DNA from: Halocafeteria seosinensis
Taxonomy: Eukaryota
Assembly: GCA_001687465.1 (NCBI GenBank)
Contig: LVLI01000023.1
Coordinates: forward strand, 1 to 64,000
Reading direction: 5' to 3'
DNA: 64,000 bases
Both the position numbers and the translations under genes were made by a program. This document shows, piece after piece, positions 24,522-36,014 of this stretch; the stretch's first letter is position 1, and each line of letters opens with the position of its first letter. The notes beneath the pieces are model-generated. The model was given only the letters and a program-made list of their open reading frames with translations, was not told the DNA's origin and made no database searches.

Positions 24522-26036
24522 ATGCCGCAGCAAAGGTGTAAGTCCCTCGGGACCCTTTGCACCCCGAAGACTAGAACGCTCATTACATTTGTGGGAGCGT
24601 CGGTATTCTTCGTATTAATTGTTCTGACATCCGACGTCAAGGAGATAGAAGGTGTCGCCAACAGGTTTGGAGTATCTCACCATACAGCCAGAGCAACGGG
24701 AGCCCTATGCGTGTTATTTTTCGACGCCGTTATGGGCGTCATACTGGCAATTACACTGCGGGGCCAAACGGACAGGGAATCCATGCGGGATCCTCGCTCC
24801 GTGCCTGATCTCTACGTCTATTTCATGGCATTTTTCACGTATCATGCTACCCTTGCTGGCTTGGATGTTAAGAGTTTGAATGAGCAAGGTCAAGACCAAG
24901 ATACGGTATTCATGTATGGAGCATACCTTGCGGAAGGTTGTGGTGCAGTAATTTCAGGAGCATTCTTGCTGAGGTACATTGACTACAATGGGGGAACAAA
25001 ATCCTGGCGTGAATACTTCATACACCTATGGTTCTTTCTGAAGTTCTTGCGCTTCCTACTCTTCCCATTTTTGGAGACATCGAGACAGGAAAAGTTCTCG
25101 GAGAACTTAAGCGAAAGCACGATGTTTCTGCAACGGATTATCGTGGCTCTTGCCACTGACTACTTACTAAAAGTTGTAGACATGTTACTGTGTGGCAATA
25201 CGCAAGATCCGCAACCTCAGGTGGATCCCAATCAAGAAATTGATCGTCCGAGGAAGTCACTGTTCCAATACCAGGAAATTGATAGAAGCAGCTCAAAGGA
25301 GAAAGATCTCATAGACCGCCTTGTACTAATCCTTCCGACGTACTTCCTTCCAGGTACTATTATGGCACTGTATCTGGAAAGTGATGATGAAGAAAACAGT
25401 GCATGTGAGATTGGATACATAGCTGGAGTCATACTAGGCGCGGCGACGATTTTCACATGTTTGGTCTCAGTGTTGTATCATCGCAGATTAAGTTGGAGTG
25501 ACAATGAAGTTCATTGGGAACAACTTGGAGTAACGCGCTTCAAAATAGTTGCTACTGGTTGTGGTAACGTTATCGGAAATTTGATACTCCTAGTTAACCT
25601 CGTGACGGATAACTGCATCCAAGGGAGCATATTCCTCGCAATAAGTGGCTTCTCCTCGTTCGTACTCGTTATGTTTGTTCACTTCATCCCGGAGACAGAA
25701 TATAGGTTCTCGCGTTGGTTTTATGCCGCTTTAGCGAGTCTCCAGCTCCAATGGCTTATTGCGGACACCGTTGTAAAGGCCAGTGGAGTAACAAACGCTG
25801 GTGATGATACGCTAGCCCGTCTAGCTGACTGTGTTATCCCCATTACAATTGTTTTTAGGAAGTATTCTGTTTTAATACTTCTCGAATACTTTCGGAGCTC
25901 TCATCGCTGTTCCAGTAACCAAAGGAGCAATCGAGCCGGCGGCGAGAGAAACAATCAGGATCAGGATCATGGACGTTCAGGGAACCATGCTGAATCTATA
26001 GAAGCAGGTAGAAGTAGTACAGCCAAAGAGGAGTGA
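24522..26036 (+). CDS. Intronless multi-pass membrane protein, paralog B, divergent from paralog A
   Basis: 504-aa ORF; shares 'VAL..D.LLKVVD', 'LQL.WLIAD.VV.A', 'P.T..FR.Y' with paralog A. Confidence 0.75.
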   Translation: MPQQRCKSLGTLCTPKTRTLITFVGASVFFVLIVLTSDVKEIEGVANRFGVSHHTARATGALCVLFFDAVMGVILAITLRGQTDRESMRDPRSVPDLYVYFMAFFTYHATLAGLDVKSLNEQGQDQDTVFMYGAYLAEGCGAVISGAFLLRYIDYNGGTKSWREYFIHLWFFLKFLRFLLFPFLETSRQEKFSENLSESTMFLQRIIVALATDYLLKVVDMLLCGNTQDPQPQVDPNQEIDRPRKSLFQYQEIDRSSSKEKDLIDRLVLILPTYFLPGTIMALYLESDDEENSACEIGYIAGVILGAATIFTCLVSVLYHRRLSWSDNEVHWEQLGVTRFKIVATGCGNVIGNLILLVNLVTDNCIQGSIFLAISGFSSFVLVMFVHFIPETEYRFSRWFYAALASLQLQWLIADTVVKASGVTNAGDDTLARLADCVIPITIVFRKYSVLILLEYFRSSHRCSSNQRSNRAGGERNNQDQDHGRSGNHAESIEAGRSSTAKEE

Positions 26037-26793
26037 GTAACTGTTGGTGCTGTTGCGGGCTGTGATTAACCAATCAAAGCAACAACAGTCCTGTCTGCAC
26101 TGAAGAGTGATTCTTTGTTGTGGTGCAAGCAGTCTCGACCATTGACAAGCGTTAGACGCCATCCTCACGCTTCTGTTTGACAAATCAAACTACAGTACAC
26201 AGTGAGAGGTATGGACTAAGGGTCTTGGGAGTCTCGGGCGGCGCCACCGCTTTACCAAAGAGTTGCAGCTCACTTCCTCTGGGCCCAAGTGACGCATGGA
26301 CGCACAGTACTGTCGATATTAAAAAGAACAAAGCTAGTAGTGCTTCGTGAGAGACACTGTCTGATCCTCGACATATCACTACTATGAATTCCACGACGTA
26401 GAAGACAAGAAATGCGACAGTCACTTTGTCCATGCATGTGCGTTGGAATGTTGCAAAATCGTTGCTTTTCTGGTCCAACGATACTCAAATCAATTGCACT
26501 GTAAATTAAGCTTTCGCTTCAATAGAAATTTTGAGTTTTTTAAATAAATTAACGATATGTCCCGAATCATCATCATCTGGCCTTTCGGACAGCTAAAAGC
26601 TGTACAGTTTGCAACTTCTTAACTTTAAGTTCCGGGCCCTTGGCCCGGCTACAAATTCAAATGGCTCTCAACTTCAACTTGGGGCTGTTTTCAGTCCATT
26701 ATACCTCATTTGCGTTGTGTATACGGGTCCAATCGGTTGAAATCGATCGCTTACATCCTCCTCTTGGTGTGTGACAGCTAATCGGGCGAAAAA

Positions 26794-27750
26794 ATGGCCT
26801 CTGAAGAGACGATCCAAACGATCCGGGAGGCTCGCGACTCCATCCGGGAATGGGTTTGTGCTGAACCCACAATGCATCAAGCCGAAGGCACTGTTGTCGT
26901 TGCCGTTTCGCATTCCAATTTGAAAGACCATCGCGTCATCGAGCTGCGCCTCGATCTGGACGCCACGATTGGGCGCGTCAAAGATATCCTGCACACATAC
27001 AATGGCACCAAACAGCAGTACATGGAACTTCATTTACGCAATGGACAGGGTCAAACGATATGCAAAATGCTCGATGACGACAAAATGTTGGGATATTATG
27101 GGGCCCAAAACGGCCATGAAATTTTCTGCTTGGACACGGATCCGTATAGTATATCGCGAAATGGAGCCCTGGACGATGTCTCCCAAGTTCAAAAATACGT
27201 TATGAGCGATGAAGAGTACGAACGCCGTGAAAATACTCTGAGAGCTTACAAGAAAGAACAGCTGAAGATCAACCCTAATTTCCGGTTCTTCCCAAAGGTG
27301 AGAGCCCCAACGGAAGGGACCTCTCCCATTCGATCTTGGAAACTGTATTCGTCTTGTCCTTTGCAGAGCAACGAAAACCAACAAGATTTTGAATCCGAGG
27401 AGTGCGTCAGAGGAATAAACGTTGGAGATAGATGCGAAGTGGCCCCAGGAGCCCGACGCGGAACCGTGAAATATGTCGGCAAAGTAGATGCATTACCAAG
27501 CGGATACTTTGTAAGTGGTTGTGGCTTACATATGCCTTTTTTCGATATCCCATACACGCTGCGCTTTCGCATTGGTCTTTGTCAGGTCGGTGTACGCTTT
27601 GATGAACCAGTGGGAAAAAGCAATGGCACGAAAGGTGGCAAGACATATTTCGAGTGCGAAGAAGGGTACGGCGCTTTTACTCGGCCTCACAATGTCACAG
27701 TAGGGGACTTCCCGGAAGAGAATTACGACACTGATGAAGACGAAATCTAG
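26794..27750 (+). CDS. TBCB: Tubulin-folding cofactor B (ubiquitin-like + CAP-Gly)
   Basis: Ubl domain, 'LDDVSQVQKYVMSDEEYERRENTLRAYKK', CAP-Gly 'VGVRFDEPVGKSNGT', C-terminal DEDEI; introns 27298-27366 and 27511-27585. Confidence 0.95.
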   Translation: MASEETIQTIREARDSIREWVCAEPTMHQAEGTVVVAVSHSNLKDHRVIELRLDLDATIGRVKDILHTYNGTKQQYMELHLRNGQGQTICKMLDDDKMLGYYGAQNGHEIFCLDTDPYSISRNGALDDVSQVQKYVMSDEEYERRENTLRAYKKEQLKINPNFRFFPKVRAPTEGTSPIRSWKLYSSCPLQSNENQQDFESEECVRGINVGDRCEVAPGARRGTVKYVGKVDALPSGYFVSGCGLHMPFFDIPYTLRFRIGLCQVGVRFDEPVGKSNGTKGGKTYFECEEGYGAFTRPHNVTVGDFPEENYDTDEDEI

Positions 27751-27886
27751 GCATTGCAAGTTATGATACATAGCTAGTCTACTAACTGATTCTATTATCA
27801 TTGAACAATGAAACAGTGTTACATTAGCAATGTTCATCTTCTGTGTGGCACAAATATATGTGACTGCTACTAAAAGAGATCGCCAA

Positions 27887-30800
27887 CTACTTTAAAGCAC
27901 GAGAACGTGGAGCAAAGGGGGTGTTATGGAATGCCGGGGCAAGCAGGTCCTCATCATCCGAGTCAGCCATAGAGTAGATTTCCTCGAGCTTTTTGCGAGA
28001 CACACCCTTTGACATGGGAGGATCGCGCAGTATTCCCGAATGAGAAGTTTGGGACGAAAATTCAACAGGCCTCTTGCTGGTAGTTTGAAACCAATGTCCG
28101 AAACCAACATCGACAGAGGAGCCGAAGCCACTGGTTACCCCGTCCATTCCTTGGCCGATACCTTCGTCTTTCTCGTAAACGTCGCAAACATTACGAAGCG
28201 GCTTCCGTTTTCGCTTCTTCTCATCATCTTTCCGCTTCGAGCGCTGAGGGCTTCTGGCAAACCCACAACGAACAATCTCTCGTTGGCGAGGATCGACTGT
28301 GGATGAAGGAACGTCATCATCGAAACGATCTGCTTTTACATTTACCGAATCTGCAACGGATTCTATCATAGCAGATGCCAGTGAGGCAGGCTGAAAACGC
28401 GAATGAGCCAGGTAACTGCTTCGTGTAGTCATCTGGATATGCGAACGTCGTTGAGTAATACCATTTCTGGGAGTATCCAGCTCAGGGCCATGGGTTGTCG
28501 ACAGTTTAAACATTTTAGCGTGATACGAGTGCTGATCAAACGCATCCCCTTCGTGCGGAGATAGTAAGGTAGAAGGCAACGAGCTCGACTGTGTGGGCCC
28601 ACGATACCTCTGAATGTCACCACCATGCGAGTTTTGCTTCGCATTTTCAGCTTTGCCGGGAGACACTATGTGGTCCTGTATCTTCTTCTGCCAATTTTCG
28701 ATCGCGCGTTGGCGCAATTTTCGACGGCGCGATAGCAAAGGAAGTGCTAATCGCCAATACATAGCCGAAGAGCGGCTCATAGGGACACGATCGATGACAA
28801 TACGACCACCACGGGCCATTCGGGGCCTAGCGACGTACGGAGGCATAAAAGGTTCGTCTTGGTAATCACTATTTTCAGGAGAGAGCTTTCCCATCTTTCT
28901 TTCTCGCCGCCTTCGTCGTCGGCGGCGACGCCTCCTACTGCTACGTAAGGACTGGCTCCAGTGAGCCTCAGTAAGCCATTCAGTTGACATACCCTCCCAT
29001 GCTAGTTCGTCCAACCAATGTGTATCATCGTCCCCTACAAAATTCGTAGGTGGTGGGGCACGTTCCGGCCAGTGCCCGACGCTCTCCCATCCATGCCCCT
29101 CTGAGCTGACGGCTCCAATTCCTAGGACCAACCCTGCTTCATCTTCCCATGCACCTCCACCTACAACCTCTCCCAAACTGTACCTATTCAGCAAACTGCG
29201 CATGCCTACAACTTCTGCTTCACTAGCTAAACCTTGAGGAACGTTTGCAGCGGGTGAACTTCCAATGACCGAACCAGCTGCTGACTCATTTGTGGTAGAA
29301 TTGGTATCTCGACCACTTGCAGTCATAGATGCAAAGGCTTGGATAACCTTAGTGAACTTCGCTAGTGTGTTTCCCTGGCCTGACAAAGCCGACATAAACG
29401 TATCAATTGTAAGACGCTGACCGATTTGTATTCCGAAGGCAGGACCCGCGCTCAATATGTCCTCTGTGTATGCCGGTGAAACAATTAGTTCCTTATCTTT
29501 GCGCTTAGCTAGAGCCTTAGGTATAGACCAAAACACAGGAGGCGCATTTTCTGGTAGCTTCCACCCACCGCAGGAGAAGCTATACTCTATACGAGGTAGG
29601 GAAGGCAGTTCAAGAGCTCGCTCTAAAGCAGCAACCGTGGGATCTCGGCGGTGGGCAGAAGGATGGGTTGAAGTTGGGGTAGGCGTTTGACTGGGAAAGC
29701 TTTGATTGCTCTTCGCCCTTGTCAAATAGTCGGTCCCCTCCAGTGCCAGTCCAAGGTTTTCAGAATTCGCCAATTGAAGCACTTCATCCTTCTTCTTTAG
29801 TGACCTTGGTTCGAACTCAGCTCCTGTTGTGTCTGCTATATACTGATAAAAACTGTCCTTCGTCACACGCTGGAGTTCCCGTTTGATTATTTCCCTTCGT
29901 CGCACTAAATCAACCAGCTGCTGAGCCTGTTGGAAACCCTCTCTCATCATTTGTAGTTTCCGGTATGTTTCCATTCCACCTTCGTTTCTTCCTCGGGTCT
30001 TTCGAAGCCGATAACCTTCTTTCTCCCTAGGTCGGAATACATTATGAGGATTTGTATCACTTAGTGGCGTGGTAGGCCAGAACTGCCGTAGCAAGGGCTT
30101 GCCGAGGGATCTTCGTTTGTCCCCCCAATACCCGTGAATAGCAAGGAGAAGTCTCGACATTTCCACATCTCGCTTAATGTCATCACTCCTATTAAATACA
30201 TGCTCTTCGGCTTCAGTCTGCAACGCATAATCGACGTGAACCCTGAACATTACTCACCATGCAGCGCACCTATCTTACCATAGGTACGGGGTTGCCTTTT
30301 CTGTATGTAAGCTTCTCAAAAGTGTCAATTGCTACTTCCATTACAGATATCGGTAGTTTAGAAGTATCCACGTCCACTGCTGCACTAGCTTTATTGAAGA
30401 ACCAGTTCTGAAAAGAATCAAACCTCATACAGTTAGTCGCGAAGCAACAGCGACAAGTAATTTAGGGTCGAAACGCACCCAATCTTGATCATCCGCGACG
30501 TAGTCAACAGCATCGAAACCCTCATTATAAATTCGAGGTTTGTGATGTATATACTGCTGTGGTAGTTGGAAGTTTGGACTATGCTCTTGTTCATAATCCT
30601 CCACTCTTCGAACATCCGGCACAGGAAGCGAGATTTTCGGCGCATTCTTCTGCAAACCGAGCAAGCAATGTTTGCATAAAAATTTAGCAAGAGTATCGCT
30701 GAAACGATGGAATTCTTAATTCTGGCCATTTCACACTTGTTAAAGTTTCAAGTCCAAACCGTCACAAGTATAAACCTTTTTTGTTGCCTCAAAATCTCCC

Positions 30801-31024
30801 TTAAGACCATCCCTTGTTTACACGAGGCTGTATCTACGTCAAACGAAGGCACAGACAGCACGGGCGAAACCTACCTGTTGTTTCTGATCAGGCTGTAGTG
30901 CTTCTTCAGCACTATTGCGATCTGTAAACTGTTCTAACTCCTCTAATGAATGGACTACAGGCACCTTCTTTTCCGGCTTTAGGCGCCGAGTGCGCATGTT
31001 TTCTGTCCGATTTCGGGAGCTCAT
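27887..31024 (-). CDS. Enhancer of polycomb-like protein (EPL1/EPC, NuA4 subunit), multi-exon
   Basis: 'MRTRRLKPEKKVPVV', 'LPVPDVRRVEDYEQEHSPNFQLPQQYI', 'DYVADDQD', 'NPHNVFRPREKEGYRLRKTR'. Confidence 0.85.
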
Positions 31025-31877
31025 TGTCGCGTTCTGAGTCCCCCGATCCGTCTGCAGCGCTCCAGCATGTACTTCCTTCGGGTAAACTGGTCGGTACCTC
31101 ACACATCCACCCTAATGGAAGCTTTGAAGGCTTTCAAATGGCCTGCTTTTCGTAGAAAATGCAACAATGTTTTGTTTCAGTTGAATGAAGATACGACAAT
31201 CTTTTTTGTTGCCGTCCAACGCTCAGCTTCAACCTGGGAGTTCAGACAGCGGGACAGGCTGTGAGTCAGCCTGTGACAGCCAGCAGCCTGTCAGCCTGTC
31301 AGTCGCTCACGTTTCGGACAGGCCTGCAGGCGCCTGGAATCCCCGGACATGCAGCTACTTGCGTTTAGTTAAGTATTTACCGTACCTCACCATGGTTTTC
31401 TCCAGCGGGGGCGTAGTGACATGAACCTTTAGGAGAGCTATCCAGAAGAGCGATTCGGACTCCGAATTTCGCAGTCCCGGCAGCAGCAAAACTCCGACAC
31501 TGCTCCGAGCACCCAAAACGTCGGTGCATTGCCCATTCAAAAGGTTTGATAGTAAAACCTTAGTTGCTTAGTAGAATCCCAGTCTTCCCGAAGTAAGCAC
31601 CTACAACACAATCGAATACTGGTCATTCAGTGGTATCGGGGACACTGAGCCAGTAACTGATGCACAAACGATAGACTGTAGAGAGTATAACGCTGTGTCC
31701 TAAGTTGATGCTTTCTTGTTTTCCTTCATTAGCTTAACAATAGTACAGACCCTGCCGTTGCGAAGAGGTCTAATACTGGCTACCCTTTTGACAATTGAGC
31801 GACACCCGGGTGGGTGTGGATCTTCGACATTGTACACAGACTTCACCGGAGGGTTTGTATGCTAGATTAGCAGGAGA

Positions 31878-33332
31878 ATGTTCGAACTAGTTGTTATCCA
31901 TCTCCTCATATTTGTGGGAACCTGCTGGGCAGTGGGAGGAGACTTAAGGTCGTCCATCGTGGCGGGACGAGAAAAGTGCTTCAACTATGTACAACCGGAG
32001 CGTTTGATCCAATTAACGTGCAGCAGGTTGGAGTGGACGGCGTCGAACTATTCAAGTTACAGTTTCATAACACTGGAAAGTAATGAAATTTTCGACGGCA
32101 ATAGTCATATAATAGATCTTAGCGGGGTGACCAACTTTCTTGGACTGTTCGCCGTATCCCGTTTTCTGCAAAGCTTCGATGACGCCCCTATCATTCGGAA
32201 TGTTCGTGTCGAGGGAGGTAAAACTGCCACATTTGGGGGATTTCTTGTACGGCAACAGCAGCGCTTCTTTATCATAGATTCGTGTAGCTCTACAGGAACA
32301 ATAAGTAGGGGAGGAGGGATTTGTGGGCAAGAGAGTGGTCACAACAATGGACAGATCAAAATTCTAAATTCTCATTCGAGTGGACCGATAGAAGGTAGTG
32401 GAGGTGGAATAGCTGGCGAGCGTCTGGGATTCAAAGGGGGCATCGTGAATATAAGCAATTGCTTTTCCACAGGGAAAATTGACGGAGGTGGCATCTCTGG
32501 ATTCGGAACTGGGCGTGATCGAGGTCAAGTCTATATACAAAGGTCGTACTCTACGGGAGAAATTGCAGGCACAGAGGCAGGAGGAATTGTCGGCAGTCAT
32601 ACCGCATTTGTTGGTGGGCTTGTATTTATACAACAATGCTATTCAAGTGGCGAAATCCGTGGACGACGCAGTGGGGGCATTTCCGGAGCAAGCACGGGCG
32701 AGTCTGAGGGGCAGGTCTGCATAGTGGATTCCTATTCCAACGGAACCATAAAGGGACATGGAAGTGCAGGTATCTGTGGCGGTACTACAGGGGGTAGAGG
32801 TGGGACTGTCCTCATTCGTAGCAGCTATGCTTCAGGTTACACAAGAGCGGGGGCTTCTAGAGGAACAGATTCCGGTGGAATTATTGCCAAAATATCTGAT
32901 GGGGCTCTCACCGTTACAATCACGTGTTCATTGTCAGGTGCACCTCTCGTTGAAAACAATGCGGACAAACTTTCGGTAAATTCCACCGGAAACTCCAACA
33001 ACCTGGACAATGTAAGGGGCAAACTCTATCAGTGTGACTCGACACGTCAATGGTCCGAAAGCGCGTGGACTCCTACCGATGGGTTACCTAGGTTAAGGTT
33101 CGAACTTGGACAAACCTTTCTGGACACGGCGGCAACGGTCTCTCCGTCCCCACTGCCTCTACAAACCCCATTTTTTCCCAGTGGTCTGTCGTTTCCCACC
33201 GCTGTTCCCAGTCCCTTCGGGGGAATCGATGAGGGAAATCTTCCTCAGCCAAAACGTCGTCGCTTTCTTACAGTCCCCACCACACGATGCACTTCACGGA
33301 AACATGGCATAAAGGTGGTTTTAGTCATTTAG
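31878..33332 (+). CDS. Intronless secreted Gly-rich repeat (GLUG-like beta-helix) protein with Pro-rich tail
   Basis: Signal peptide; repeated 'I.nsySsG.I.g..gGGI.G' units; 'PIIRNVRVEGG'. Confidence 0.75.
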   Translation: MFELVVIHLLIFVGTCWAVGGDLRSSIVAGREKCFNYVQPERLIQLTCSRLEWTASNYSSYSFITLESNEIFDGNSHIIDLSGVTNFLGLFAVSRFLQSFDDAPIIRNVRVEGGKTATFGGFLVRQQQRFFIIDSCSSTGTISRGGGICGQESGHNNGQIKILNSHSSGPIEGSGGGIAGERLGFKGGIVNISNCFSTGKIDGGGISGFGTGRDRGQVYIQRSYSTGEIAGTEAGGIVGSHTAFVGGLVFIQQCYSSGEIRGRRSGGISGASTGESEGQVCIVDSYSNGTIKGHGSAGICGGTTGGRGGTVLIRSSYASGYTRAGASRGTDSGGIIAKISDGALTVTITCSLSGAPLVENNADKLSVNSTGNSNNLDNVRGKLYQCDSTRQWSESAWTPTDGLPRLRFELGQTFLDTAATVSPSPLPLQTPFFPSGLSFPTAVPSPFGGIDEGNLPQPKRRRFLTVPTTRCTSRKHGIKVVLVI

Positions 33333-33765
33333 AGTATTTTTACTGGAAAAGCAACAAGTTGGTCATGCTCGCCTTGTTTACATATAGGTAGGCATAAAGG
33401 TGGCATTGGTAGATCCGGAAACTTATGATAGCCAGCTGTAGGCACAACGTGAGGATGCAGGACTAATTGGGAAGGTTTACTCCTCACGGTCTAGCGTACA
33501 ATGTCCAGGAGGTTACTTCCGGTAGGGACCATTAAGGTAAATTGAACAACTCCCTCACCGCCAAGAAATTATTTCGTTTCATGCATCCTTTATGGGCTTA
33601 TAGCAGAATGTTAAGACACTACTTGGCGGCGCAAGTTGGTGCACACAAATAATTTATGGAATAACATACTAGCCCCGAATCGGGATCCCGATAGACTCGC
33701 TTGTGAGTCCTTCCTTGAAGACTCCCAAAAAATTGGGAGAGAGAAAACGGTATGCATGCACGAAG

Positions 33766-35398
33766 CTATTTCTTCTCGGATCCTTTCTGAGATAACAAGG
33801 GCTCTCGAAGGAGATGTCTTGAATCTTTGCCACTTTCCCGCTGCTGCCTGCTGGATCCCATAGTCTCTAGATGAACTGCTCCTGGAAGTAGTGGTTCATC
33901 CGGGGATACTGCGTCAAACACTCTTGGGCGGGGATTAAGAAGGTCTTCCCCTTTGAATCTCCGTAAATACGTGTCTGGTAAACGCTTAATTTCTTCGAAG
34001 TGGGCGCTATCGATTTGGCGGTACTGCCTATAAACGTATTTCAACGGTAGGAGCGAAAAAGCAGTGAAATTCACCAGTGTGCTTGACACTGCCAGGAGAC
34101 CGAGAGATGTGACCAATACCGTGAGCAAGTGTGCAAAGTTAAACCATCCTATCGTCCCCGTTTGTTTGACCACAATTTCAATACCATATCTCAAAAACAC
34201 TGTCTTCTCCATGTCGCTAAAATCGTACCAATGTAAAGGCTGTTCCACCTCAAATCCCGTGTTCTTAATAGCATGGACACGAATCGTATACCTGTTGTCA
34301 CGGAAGTCCACGAAACACTTAGTAGCGTCCTCATGAAGATATGGAAGTGACAACATCTTACCTGACATTGCTTGGATTGTAGCTAAAATAATTATCATAA
34401 TGTATCTCCAGCAATAATACCATCCCTGCAAAGCGGTGTGTCTGATCTTGGATAGTGCCTACATCGCCTCCGGCTGAATCAAGGCTCTCTACGCCAGCAG
34501 CACTTAGCAGAGTTGCAATCGATACGCGATCATAGACATCCATTTCGCCAATATGTATATCGCTAGGGCATGTCTTCCCGATTTTGTCGTATGCCTCGCA
34601 AACGTCTACATTGTTACCATTGGAATCCTGTACGACCATATTTTCGGTATTCGCGCATCCAAGAAATTTCCCACCCTATTTGCTTACTAGCATTCGTCCA
34701 TGAAGAGTCCACGCATTGGAAGACCAATGGTGATCCGTTACAATCAAACTATGGTCGAGTTGTAGCGTACTGCAGGAACTGCATCGGTAAGACGGGTACG
34801 GACAAATCTGCATGAATACATCGTGACTTACAAGTATTCCACATCAGCTACGTAAAAATTGGACTCGTTTTGTTTCTCATATCGGCAGTCAGGATGCTCC
34901 AGCATCGCGCAACTTCGAGAAGAGTTCCTTTTATAGTGGCTAGTTGTGATCCTGGTTGAAATGAAGATTCCGTCAGACTGTTGCCTGGGGTACTGGGCAC
35001 CATATTGTCCCAAATACTGACAGGCCGCTTGCGGTGATTCAACCGCGTTGGAAACGTCGGCTTTATATGTTCCATTTCCACAATAATCTAATTCTTCTGG
35101 AGGTCGGACGATGTCTTCAGACGGCTGTGTTAGAGTTCCTCGCCGAAAGCCTAGAGAGGTGGTCGCCTCGTTAAACTGCTGTTGCCAAAATACCAAGTAC
35201 CTGCATCAATACCGTATCAATTTGATCGAGAAACAAAGGAACTTTGGAACCTGATGCATACCCAACTATGTAGCCAAAGATGGATGTGCCGAAAATGATG
35301 TTCATGATTCCGAGACGACGGTCGCGTATTCTGACAAAGCGTGGTGTTTTGAACGCCAGCAGGTTATCTAGGTTCCATTTGTCACCCTTAATACTCAT
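33766..35398 (-). CDS. P2X-type ATP-gated ion channel (protist-type), multi-exon
   Basis: N-terminal 'LLAFKTPRFVRIRDRRLGI' before TM1; 'RYGIEIVVKQTGTIGWFNF...LVTSLGLLAVSSTLV' before and in TM2. Confidence 0.88.
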
Positions 35399-36014
35399 TC
35401 TGAGTAGAATGTCGGACGAGTGCACTTAATATACTGAATGAAGAGGCAAGAAGCTGGATTCCGTGCGGCGGAGTGACGGTGGCCCTGACCAAGTGCTCCG
35501 AGTGCTCCACAAAGTTGTATCCCTTTGTGCGCAGGACGCGAAGCTCTACAATATTGCCCTTCGAGGAAAGCTCACCAGTGGTACTATAGGGTAGAACTTG
35601 CAGTAGGTATGTGCAAGACGGCTTGACGACCTCCAACTCTCCCCAGTAGTTCACAGTGGGATCAGGGGGTATTGAAATATCGCTCTCTACAGAAGCTTCG
35701 ACCCCTTAAAGCAAGAAATAATGTCGGAAGATGTAACCAGCACGTGACAAACTATGTATGTCATAGAATAGTGTCATGCTGTTTCTGCTCGGTCCAACCA
35801 CTTTTGGAGACCCACGTCTTCAACTTACCTTACCGAGGGTCACCCGTGGCGTGGCGTGTCTCACGTCGGATGACGTTACCCCTGACATCGTGGGCGCAGG
35901 TGGCCTGTTTGGAAGCGCCGGCGGCAATCCAATTGCTCGTCAAGCTGTACTAACAGTGGGTCTGTCGCTTTTCCACCGAAGTTAAAAAGAATGGTAAGTC
36001 CAATATAGAACAAA

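Noticed and set aside
28895..28945. Poly-Arg run in the EPC-like gene as a repeat element
   Set aside because: Mixed codons in a coding low-complexity, NLS-like tract
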